From an uncultured Verrucomicrobiae bacterium (GTDB lineage: Bacteria > Verrucomicrobiota > Verrucomicrobiia > Chthoniobacterales > UBA10450): DNA of 64,000 nt. This document shows positions 56,353-64,000 of the stretch, piece by piece (the first letter of the stretch is position 1; each line of letters begins with the position of its first letter). The stretch covers positions 12,924 through 76,923 of the forward strand of contig CAWIBC010000009.1 of the NCBI GenBank assembly GCA_963834255.1, read 5' to 3'. The notes under the pieces are model-generated. The model ran no database searches. It was not told the origin of the DNA and saw only the letters and a program-made list of their open reading frames with translations. The position numbers were made by a program, and so were the translations under genes.

Positions 56353-57753
56353 TCACCGCTGGTAATTCCGCAAACGCCCGAGCAGCTTCTCGTGGATCCC
56401 GTCAAAGCCGCCATTGCTGAAGATGGCGACGACGTCGTTAGGCTGGAGCAGCGGCACGAGCCGGTCGAGAATCGCCTCCGCGTCGCGCTCGTAGAACGCC
56501 AGCCGGCCCGCCTCGGCGATGGCCGCGACGACCGCTTCGGGATTCAGCCGTTCGCCTTCCGGGATCTGCTCCAAGCCCGCGATCTGGGCGATGAAAACGC
56601 CGTCGGCCAACTGCAGCGCCTCCGGCAATTGCTGCTGGAAAACCGCCCGTCGGGTCGTGTTGGAGCGCGGCTCGAAAATGGCCCAGAGCCGGTGCCCCGG
56701 ATAACGATGGCGCAACGCGCCTAACGTTTCCCGGATCGCCGTCGGGTGATGTCCGAAATCGTCGATCACGGTCACCCCGCCCACACTTCCCCGCACCTCC
56801 TGGCGGCGCGCGATCCCTTCGAAGCTGGTCAGGGCGGTCTGGATGACCTCGGGCGTGAGGCCATAGAAACGGGCCGCGACCGCCGCCATGGCGGCATTGC
56901 GGACGTTAAACTCGCCGATGAGCGGAGACTCGAAGGTCGCCTCCCCTAACGAAAAGCGAGAACCGCCCGCGGAGTAGCTGACCTCGCGGATTCGCTCCGC
57001 GCAATTCTCGGAAAAGCCCACCCCCACGAGTGGCGCGAGGCAGTCGCGGGTGACTTCGAGGCAGTTCGCGTCGTCGCCGTTGAGCAGGATCATTCCGTTT
57101 TGCGGCACGATGTTGACCAGCCGGCGGAAACTCAGTTTCACCGCGTCGAGATCGTCAAAAATATCGGCGTGATCGAACTCGATATTGTTGAGGATGAGCA
57201 GCTCCGGCAGGTAGTGGATGAACTTGGAACGCTTGTCGAAAAAGGCGCTGTCGTACTCGTCGCCCTCGATCACGAAATGTTTCGAGTCATTGAAGAGCGC
57301 GCCCTGCCCAAGGTTGCGCGGCAACCCGCCGACGACATAGCCCGGCTCCAGTTCCCCGACGGTCAGCATCCAGGCGAGGAGCGCGCTCGTGGTCGTTTTC
57401 CCGTGCGTGCCGGTGACGACGAGGTTGTGTTTTCCGCGCAAAAAAAACTCCTTCAGCACTTCCGGCAGCGAGAGGTAATAAAGCTTGCGGTTGAGGACCG
57501 CCTCCACTTCCGGGTTGCCGCGCTTGATCGCGTTCCCGATCACGACCACCTCGGCGTCGTCAGGTAAATTTTCCGCGCGATACGGCTCGCTCAGCGCGAT
57601 TCCCCGGGCGCGCAGGAAATCGGACATCGGCGGGTAAACCTTTTCATCCGAGCCGGTCACGATGCAGCCGCGCTCGCGCAGAGCCGCCGCCACCCCGCCC
57701 ATGGCGGTGCCGCAAATTCCAAGGAAATGGAAATGCTGCGGCGTTTTTTTCAC
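56353..57753 (-). CDS. mpl: UDP-N-acetylmuramate:L-alanyl-gamma-D-glutamyl-meso-diaminopimelate ligase (murein peptide ligase)
   Basis: HFLGICGTAMGGVA...TGSDEKVYPPMS...VIGNAIKRGNPEVEAVL...VTGTHGKTTT closely follows the Mpl N-terminal pattern. GTG 57753 chosen. Confidence 0.85.
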   Translation of the reverse strand: MKKTPQHFHFLGICGTAMGGVAAALRERGCIVTGSDEKVYPPMSDFLRARGIALSEPYRAENLPDDAEVVVIGNAIKRGNPEVEAVLNRKLYYLSLPEVLKEFFLRGKHNLVVTGTHGKTTTSALLAWMLTVGELEPGYVVGGLPRNLGQGALFNDSKHFVIEGDEYDSAFFDKRSKFIHYLPELLILNNIEFDHADIFDDLDAVKLSFRRLVNIVPQNGMILLNGDDANCLEVTRDCLAPLVGVGFSENCAERIREVSYSAGGSRFSLGEATFESPLIGEFNVRNAAMAAVAARFYGLTPEVIQTALTSFEGIARRQEVRGSVGGVTVIDDFGHHPTAIRETLGALRHRYPGHRLWAIFEPRSNTTRRAVFQQQLPEALQLADGVFIAQIAGLEQIPEGERLNPEAVVAAIAEAGRLAFYERDAEAILDRLVPLLQPNDVVAIFSNGGFDGIHEKLLGRLRNYQR

Positions 57754-57870
57754 CCGCCTCTTTAAGCCGAGGGGAAACACTTTGCCAGTGGCAGGTGTCG
57801 ATGATGTCACGAAAAAGTTACCGATTTGACGGTGGCACCGGCGGCCCATCGAGAGTAGGGAAAAGAGAAC

Positions 57871-59631
57871 GTGAAATTTTTGTTTTTCTTCTGCGCTTTT
57901 TTCATCGCAGCCCCGTTTTCATTCGCCGGGCAAGCCGACAATAATGCTCCAACCGCCCCTGAAACATTCGCTCTCGCGAGCGACGGGACACCGCTGCAAT
58001 GGATCGTCTATACACCGGCTGGCACGGGGCCGTGGCCGGCTGTCCTGGTCATCCACGGCGGCCGCTTTGTGGGCGGGGATCCCGAGGATGCGGGCGTGGC
58101 GGGATGCGCGCAAGACTTGGCGGACGCGGGTTTCATCGCCTTCACGATCGATTACCGGCTCGCGCCTCCCGGTTCCCTTCCGGGTCAGACATCGTCTGGC
58201 CGATTCCCCGATCAATACGACGATGTGCACCTGGCGGTGCGGGCGGCGCGAAATGATCCCCGCAGCAACGGCCAGGTGGGATCGGTCGGCGGGTCGGCGG
58301 GTGGAACGCATACCGCCTGGGTGGCCGCGACCGGCACGCCCGGAGACGATCGCCTCGACGTGGGTGTCTCCCTTTCCGGCGCCTATGATTTCGCCGATTT
58401 CAGCCCCGATCCAAATCTCCCGGCGTTCATCGATGCCGTCACCAACTACGTCGGCGTAGAGCAATCCGACACCGCCGCCCTGCAAGCGGCTTCACCCGCC
58501 TGGGTGTTGGATTCCAGCGTCGCCCCGCTCTACCTCATCGACACCCGAGGCGACCAGATGCCCAGCGTCCAGTTGGACAACATGGTGAGCCACCTCGCGG
58601 ACGCGGGCCTGACCAATTACCAGTGGAAGCGGATCGGAGGAAACCTGCACTCGTTTGCCTACTGGTCGACGATCAAGGTCGGCGCGATCGCCTTTCTGGC
58701 GGAGCATTTCGGCGCGCCCACGCCGACGCCGACGCCCACGCCGACCGCAACCCCCACCCCAACGGCGACACCCACCCCGACGGCGAGCCCTACTCCGACT
58801 CCCACGCCGATTGCCGACGCGACTCCGACGCCCAATTCGCTCCTCAACCTTTCCACCCGCGGCCGGGCTGCGACCGGTGACAGTGTCCTGATCGGCGGTT
58901 TTATTCTCGGGCCGCACGGCTTTCCGAAAGAGATCGTGGTGCGGGCAATCGGACCCTCCCTGGCCGCGGCCGGGGTCGACTCCGCGCTGCTTAATCCGAC
59001 CTTGCAGCTGGTGGATTCGACCGGTCAGATCGTGGCTGAGAACGACGATTGGATGACCAGCGGCCAGGCCCAGGAAATCATCGACAGCAACCTCGCGCCG
59101 ACCGACTCCAGGGAATCCGCCATCATCGCTGCCCTCGCTCCCGGGGCCTACACGGCGATCGTCACCGGCACCGACGGCACGCAAAATATCGCGCTGGTCG
59201 AGGTTTACGATTTGGAAGCCAGCCGTTTCCCGCAATTGCTCAACATCTCGACCCGCGGCGCGATCGACTCCGGGGAGGGCGTCATGATCGCGGGCACGAT
59301 CATCGGTGGCACTCTGTCAGAGACTTTGCTCTTCCGCGGCCTCGGCCCTTCGCTCGCGCCCGACGTCAGCAATTCGTTGCCGAACCCGCAGCTGCAACTC
59401 ATCGATGCCCAGGGCACGACCATCTCCGTGAATGACGACTGGTCCGATACCCAGGCGAGCGAGATCGGGCTGACCGGGCTGGCCCCGACCGATGCCTTGG
59501 AGTCCGCTCTTCTTATTACTCTCCCGCCCGGAAACTACACCGCATTGATGTCGGATCTGGAGGGCGCAACCGGCATCGGACTGCTGGAAGTTTACAACCT
59601 CACTTCCAGCCAGGACCAAACCCAGCGCTAA
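57871..59631 (+). CDS. secreted alpha/beta-hydrolase (esterase-like) + PT linker + 2 copies of the ~105-aa C-terminal module
   Basis: WPAVLVIHGGRFVGG (oxyanion HGG) and the GGSAGG nucleophile elbow. Linker (TPTPTA)n. Then [22 protein letters not shown]...VVRAIGPSL... twice. Confidence 0.7.
   Translation: MKFLFFFCAFFIAAPFSFAGQADNNAPTAPETFALASDGTPLQWIVYTPAGTGPWPAVLVIHGGRFVGGDPEDAGVAGCAQDLADAGFIAFTIDYRLAPPGSLPGQTSSGRFPDQYDDVHLAVRAARNDPRSNGQVGSVGGSAGGTHTAWVAATGTPGDDRLDVGVSLSGAYDFADFSPDPNLPAFIDAVTNYVGVEQSDTAALQAASPAWVLDSSVAPLYLIDTRGDQMPSVQLDNMVSHLADAGLTNYQWKRIGGNLHSFAYWSTIKVGAIAFLAEHFGAPTPTPTPTPTATPTPTATPTPTASPTPTPTPIADATPTPNSLLNLSTRGRAATGDSVLIGGFILGPHGFPKEIVVRAIGPSLAAAGVDSALLNPTLQLVDSTGQIVAENDDWMTSGQAQEIIDSNLAPTDSRESAIIAALAPGAYTAIVTGTDGTQNIALVEVYDLEASRFPQLLNISTRGAIDSGEGVMIAGTIIGGTLSETLLFRGLGPSLAPDVSNSLPNPQLQLIDAQGTTISVNDDWSDTQASEIGLTGLAPTDALESALLITLPPGNYTALMSDLEGATGIGLLEVYNLTSSQDQTQR
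58717..58836. repeat. degenerate tandem repeat encoding a (PT)n linker
   Basis: CCCACGCCGACGCCGACGCCCACGCCGACCGCAACC... reiteration inside the hydrolase gene. Confidence 0.7.
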
Positions 59632-59744
59632 GAAATCACAGCGGCGGGCGTCGAACACCGCTGGAGCAAAACCACCCGAAAACGGGTGCAACAGGAAGGA
59701 TGGCGGCGAATTCGACGACGCCGGGCAAAGGAAAGGCAAATCTC

Positions 59745-60614
59745 ATGAGACAATATCTTCGTTTGTTCTCCCTGTTCTTGGCGGTCGCCGTGACCGCTGC
59801 CAACGCGGCCGCACAGGCCAAACCAAGACCGACTCCCCCGCCGACCGAAGTGTATGCCATCGCGAGCGATAATACGCAGCTGACATGGACGGTGTACACG
59901 CCCGCGGGGCGAGGCCCCTGGCCGGCCGTGCTCGTCATTCACGGGGGCCGGTTCGTCGGCGGCGACGCCAGTGAAGCGGGTGTCGTGACCGCCGCGCAGG
60001 ATTTGGCCGCGGCCGGTTACGTGGCTTACGCGATCAATTATCGCCTTGCCCCGCCCGGCAAGATTCCCGGCCAGCGTTCGTTAGGCAGATTTCCCGATCA
60101 ATACAACGATGTCCACCTCGCGGTGCAGGCAGCGCGCGATGACAGCCGCTCCAATGGCAAGGTCGGGGCCGTCGGCGGATCGGCGGGGGCGACGCACGCC
60201 GTCTGGGTCGCCGCCACCGGCATGGCTGGCCAGGATCGGCTTGATGCCGCCGTCGGTATCTCGGGCGCGTATGATTTCTCCGATTTCAGCGCCGATCCCA
60301 ACCTCGCCTTGTTTATCGACACGGTGACAAATTACGTCGGCGTCCCGACGAGCGACACCGTCTCTCTGCGCGCGGCTTCGCCGGCCTGGATCGTGACTAA
60401 GACCGTGGCTCCACTGTATCTGGTCGATTCCGCGGGCGACGTGATGCCGGCCGCGCAACTCGATGACATGGTGGCGCATCTCATTTCGAACGGGGTACGC
60501 GACTACACGGCGATAACGACCTCGGGCAAGCTCCACTCCTTCGCCAACTGGCCACAGGTCAAGAGCGGCGCCCTCGCTTTTCTCGCCTCCGAGCTGGGCA
60601 CGGGAGGTCGTTAG
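59745..60614 (+). CDS. secreted alpha/beta-hydrolase, paralog of the upstream gene without the linker/C-terminal modules
   Basis: ATG 59745 and signal peptide MRQYLRLFSLFLAVAVTAANAAAQA. WPAVLVIHGGRFVGG, GGSAGATH. Colinear with aa 30-285 of 57871..59631. Confidence 0.7.
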   Translation: MRQYLRLFSLFLAVAVTAANAAAQAKPRPTPPPTEVYAIASDNTQLTWTVYTPAGRGPWPAVLVIHGGRFVGGDASEAGVVTAAQDLAAAGYVAYAINYRLAPPGKIPGQRSLGRFPDQYNDVHLAVQAARDDSRSNGKVGAVGGSAGATHAVWVAATGMAGQDRLDAAVGISGAYDFSDFSADPNLALFIDTVTNYVGVPTSDTVSLRAASPAWIVTKTVAPLYLVDSAGDVMPAAQLDDMVAHLISNGVRDYTAITTSGKLHSFANWPQVKSGALAFLASELGTGGR

Positions 60615-60629
60615 GCAAGCCGGAGTCGT

Positions 60630-61016
60630 TCAGGCCAGGCGCGGGAAACGCGCCCCGTGGCGGAGCCGCTCGAGGAGATTGGCCTTGCGCAGGTTGGGAT
60701 CATCGCGGCGCAGGCAGTGGTGTTCCATGAGCGGGGTCACGGCCACGATCCGGCCGTCCTCGAGCACCTGCTCGACCCGCCAGTATTTCTTGATCAGGTG
60801 ATGGTAAAGGTCGCCGCGCTTGGCCGGCCGGATATCGCTCGCTTCCCGGCCGGGCGGCCGGCTAGAGCTTGCGGCCATTCGATAGACGATCGGCGCCCCG
60901 GGCTGCAGCCGCCGCCGCAGGAAATGCCCGTTCAAGGAAAAGTGCCGGCGCGAGACGAGAAAGCACACTCCCGCCGGGAGCACGAGCAGGATCACGTAGA
61001 GCGAGAGCGTGGCCAT
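60630..61016 (-). CDS. hypothetical small membrane-anchored protein
   Basis: ATG 61016 (MATLSLYVILLVLPAGVCFLV...). One TM helix. No family recognised. Confidence 0.4.
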   Translation of the reverse strand: MATLSLYVILLVLPAGVCFLVSRRHFSLNGHFLRRRLQPGAPIVYRMAASSSRPPGREASDIRPAKRGDLYHHLIKKYWRVEQVLEDGRIVAVTPLMEHHCLRRDDPNLRKANLLERLRHGARFPRLA

Positions 61017-61128
61017 CGCCCTCTTTTGAGCAGGCCGTGTGCCCCGGGGCGGCCTTCCCGGTCGCCCGGGCGGTTGTTCTCTGCGGTTGATCCTTCCCCT
61101 TCCAGCGTGGAAAGTCGGGCCACTTTCC

Positions 61129-62088
61129 ATGCGCATTCTTTCCGGCATTCAACCGAGCGGCGTTCTGCATATCGGCAATTACTTTGGCATGATGCGGCCC
61201 GCCATCGCCCTTCAGGCGGAGGGGGAAGCGCTCTACTTTATCGCCAATTACCATGCTCTCACGAGTCTGCGCGATCCCGCTGCCCTGCGCGAAAACAGCC
61301 GGCGGGTGGCGCTCGATTTCCTCGCCTGCGGGCTCGACCCGGAAAAGGCGGCGCTTTTTCTTCAATCCGACGTGCCGCAGGTCACGGAACTGACCTGGAT
61401 TTTGAGCACGGTCGCGCCCATGGGACTGCTGGAGCGCGCGCATTCCTACAAGGACAAGGTGGCGCGCGGGTTGCCCGCCTCGGTCGGGCTCTTTTCCTAT
61501 CCGGTGCTGATGGCGGCGGACATTCTCATCTTCGACAGCGCCGTGGTGCCGGTCGGTCGCGACCAGAAACAGCACGTCGAGATCGCCCGCGATCTCGCGA
61601 TCAAGATCAATGAAACCTACGGCGAAATCCTGCGCGTGCCGGAGCCGCGGATTCATGAGCAGACCCAGACCGTGCCCGGCCTCGACGGCCAGAAGATGAG
61701 CAAGAGCTACGGCAACACGATCGACATTTTTGCGGAGGAAAAAGAGATGCGGAAACGAGTGATGAGCATCGTGACCGACTCGACGCCGGTGGAAGCGGCG
61801 AAAGACCCGGCGGCTTCGTCGATCTTCCAGCTTTATTCGTTAGTCGCGACCTCCGAGGAGGCGGCCACGATGCGCGCCGCCTTCGAAGCGGGCGGAACCG
61901 GTTACGGCGATTTCAAGAAACAGCTCTTTGGAAAGCTCTGGGAGTTTTTCGCCCCAATGCGCCAGCGGCGGGAGGAGATTTTGGCGCACCCGGATTACAT
62001 CGAAGATGTCCTGGCCAAAGGCGCGCAGGGGGCGAACGCAATCGCGAACCAGGTGATGGACCGGGTGCGGAGCGCCGTTGGGTTATAG
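61129..62088 (+). CDS. trpS: tryptophan--tRNA ligase
   Basis: ILSGIQPSGVLHIGNYFG (HIGH) and KMSKSYGN (KMSKS). About 320 aa. ATG 61129. Confidence 0.9.
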   Translation: MRILSGIQPSGVLHIGNYFGMMRPAIALQAEGEALYFIANYHALTSLRDPAALRENSRRVALDFLACGLDPEKAALFLQSDVPQVTELTWILSTVAPMGLLERAHSYKDKVARGLPASVGLFSYPVLMAADILIFDSAVVPVGRDQKQHVEIARDLAIKINETYGEILRVPEPRIHEQTQTVPGLDGQKMSKSYGNTIDIFAEEKEMRKRVMSIVTDSTPVEAAKDPAASSIFQLYSLVATSEEAATMRAAFEAGGTGYGDFKKQLFGKLWEFFAPMRQRREEILAHPDYIEDVLAKGAQGANAIANQVMDRVRSAVGL

Positions 62089-63117
62089 AACCTGGAGGGC
62101 GGCGCGCACGCGCGAGTTTTCCTTTAACTCCGCAAAGATGAGCCGGCCCCCGCCGGTTTGCAGTGCGCTCGAGACCACCACCGTCGCCACCCGCCCGATG
62201 TGCGGGCGGCCCTGGTTGACCACGATCATCGTCCCATCGGGCAAATAACCGACCGCCTGATGATGGTCGCGGCCTTCCTTGACCAGATTCAACTCCAGTT
62301 CGTCGCCCGCCACCACCACCGGTCGCAAGGCATGAGCGAGGTCGGTCAGGTTCAACACCGGCACCTGCTGTAAACGCGCAACTTTCCCGAGCGCCTGGTC
62401 GTTGGTCAAAAGCCGCGCCTGGAGCACCTGCGCGACCCGGACGAGCCGGGTGTCGACCGGGAGTTCGCTGTCGTCGAGCCCGCTGTCGTGGATGGTGAGA
62501 TCGATTTCGCGCGATTGCTGAAGCTGATTCAAAATGTCGAGGCCACGCCGGCCGCGCTCGCGCTTGATCGAATCGTGTGCATCGGCCAGGAGCTGCAACT
62601 CGCCGAGGACGAAGCGCGGCACGATGAGCGCCCGGCTCAGGAAACCAGTCGCGCAAAGATCGGCGATGCGGCCGTCGATGATGATGTTGGTGTCGATCAC
62701 GAGCGGCTCGTGCTGAGTCGTCTCCCGCGCAAAACGGACGTAGGGGATGATGAGGGAAAATTCGTCACGGCTGCTGCGCATCGCGAGCATGGTGCCGAGG
62801 TAGCCAAAGGTGCAATAGACGACCAGGCGGGCGATCCATTGCGTTTCTTCCGACTGGTAACGGAGGACTTGCGAGGCGATGAGCAGGTTGGCCAAAAAAA
62901 GACCCAGCAGCAGTCCCAGCGTGGCCGAGGAAAAAGCGCGCAGGGAGAGCCCCTTGAGGAGCCGATCGGCCAGGACAAGGATGAGCCCGAAGAGGGCGCC
63001 GAGGAGCAGCCCGGGTATGGCGTTCTCCTGGACCTCGACCGAAACGAGCGCGCCGACCACCCCGGCAAAGGTGACGAAAAGAATCCGCAAAAGATTGATG
63101 GTGAGGAGCGGAGTCAT
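62083..63117 (-). CDS. membrane-anchored PIN + TRAM domain protein (YacL-like)
   Basis: 4 N-terminal TM helices. PIN domain LVIDTNIIIDGRI. C-terminal TRAM-like GTMIVVNQGRPHIGRVATVVVSSALQTGGGRLIFAEL. Confidence 0.75.
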   Translation of the reverse strand: MTPLLTINLLRILFVTFAGVVGALVSVEVQENAIPGLLLGALFGLILVLADRLLKGLSLRAFSSATLGLLLGLFLANLLIASQVLRYQSEETQWIARLVVYCTFGYLGTMLAMRSSRDEFSLIIPYVRFARETTQHEPLVIDTNIIIDGRIADLCATGFLSRALIVPRFVLGELQLLADAHDSIKRERGRRGLDILNQLQQSREIDLTIHDSGLDDSELPVDTRLVRVAQVLQARLLTNDQALGKVARLQQVPVLNLTDLAHALRPVVVAGDELELNLVKEGRDHHQAVGYLPDGTMIVVNQGRPHIGRVATVVVSSALQTGGGRLIFAELKENSRVRAALQVL

Positions 63118-63123
63118 GCCAGC

Positions 63124-64000
63124 CTAACGATTTGATCTGCGCCGCGGCGCGGGCGTGTTTTCGGGCGGCGGCGCGACCCTGGCGGCGCTGTCCCGGTAAA
63201 AGAGGACGCCGTGACGCCGCAGGTTACTAATGAGAGCGCGCAGGTCGTTCGCCACGGCTTCATTCGTAAGCAACAATGGGACCAACCCGTCCCCTTTCGT
63301 GGCCTCGTTCAGGAGCCGGCTGGCCGCCTGCACGGTCTTCTGGGCATCGGCGGCGGCCGCCTCGATTTTGTCCGCCGCCTCCTTCGCCGAGCCCATCGTG
63401 CCGTCCGCTTTTTCGAGGACGCCATCGATCTTTTTCGACGACTCAGAAAGGGCCGCGGTTGTCTTACTTAGGTTGTCGAAGGTCTCTTTCAGGTGCTCCA
63501 TGTTGGCCTGGGAAAGTGCGTCTCCATTCAGCTTGCTCACCGCGATGTCGATCTTCGCGATCGTCCCGCGCAGGTCCTTGATCAAGGCGCCGCCCTCTTT
63601 CGTGATGTCGTCGAGGCCTTTCTCGCGCGCGCCTTCGACCCGCGCGCCCTTGGCGATGTAAGCCGTCGGTTTGTCGGTCGGGGGAAAGATCGCGACGAAG
63701 CGATCGCCTAACAATCCCGAGCTCCCGACCGTGATCGAGCTGCCGACCGGGATTTTGACGAAATCGAAAATCTTCAGCGGGACCTCGACCCCGCGCCCGA
63801 CCGTGACCAGGCGCGGGGCGCCCGCCACCTGCCCGACCTTGGCCCCGCCCATCAGGACATCCGAATTCTTCAGCAAGCCGCTCGCATCGGAAAAGTGGAC
63901 GGTGAGATTGTCGTACTTCTTGAAGCCTTCGCCGAGCCGGCCGAACTGCACCACGAGCGCGGCCAGGACGGCCAGCCCGACGGCGACAAAAATTCCCACC
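63124..64000 (-). CDS. MlaD/MCE-domain protein, 5'-partial (continues beyond the window end)
   Basis: GIFVAVGLAVLAALVV TM helix. MCE core ...VHFSDASGLLKNSDVLMGGAKVGQV.... C-terminal coiled coil. The frame is still open at nt 64000. Confidence 0.7.
   Translation of the reverse strand, partial: VGIFVAVGLAVLAALVVQFGRLGEGFKKYDNLTVHFSDASGLLKNSDVLMGGAKVGQVAGAPRLVTVGRGVEVPLKIFDFVKIPVGSSITVGSSGLLGDRFVAIFPPTDKPTAYIAKGARVEGAREKGLDDITKEGGALIKDLRGTIAKIDIAVSKLNGDALSQANMEHLKETFDNLSKTTAALSESSKKIDGVLEKADGTMGSAKEAADKIEAAAADAQKTVQAASRLLNEATKGDGLVPLLLTNEAVANDLRALISNLRRHGVLFYRDSAARVAPPPENTPAPRRRSNR

Overview
This is a high-GC (by eye about 65%) bacterial chromosomal segment, almost fully coding. I call about 60 protein genes, 2 tRNAs, no rRNA, no CRISPR array, and no recognisable transposase or integrase. 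PEP-CTERM sorting signals, Pro/Thr-linker secreted proteins and the general protein flavour suggest a Verrucomicrobiota-like organism, but that is inference only.

Housekeeping content:
- cstA, valS, murI, glyQS, ruvA, thiH-thiS, rng
- the mrdA-mreD-mreC-mreB rod-shape operon
- rpe, mpl, trpS

Type IV pilus genes sit at three separate loci:
- pilM/N/O/P-like at 0.7-3.4 kb
- pilT plus a response regulator at 14-15.8 kb
- pilB, a PG-binding protein and the pilQ secretin at 51.4-55.8 kb

Accessory content:
- a cluster of secreted PT-linker and PEP-CTERM proteins at 33.3-38.3 kb
- tandem alpha/beta-hydrolase paralogs at 57.9-60.6 kb
- a TIR-3TM-sensor protein at 48.1-49.9 kb
- an unknown protein paired with an SH3b/GH108-like muramidase at 20.7-22.4 kb

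The most striking signal is not a gene. The 7-mer core CGTTAGG/CCTAACG occurs at least 56 times, about one copy per 1.1 kb (extended consensus TCGTTAGGC, 38 exact 9-mers).
- It is found in both orientations, in several reading frames and in intergenic DNA.
- It often forces the otherwise rare TTA Leu codon.
- It repeatedly supplies stop codons, twice for both members of a convergent gene pair.
- This density and behaviour resemble the DNA uptake sequences of naturally competent bacteria.

Second theme: at least eight genes, including essential valS, are broken by apparent single-base frameshifts, and one more by an early in-frame stop. This points to either assembly indel errors or real pseudogenisation, and I cannot separate the two from this window.

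All coordinates and counts come from reading the sequence by eye. All family assignments come from recognised motifs, not from searches.
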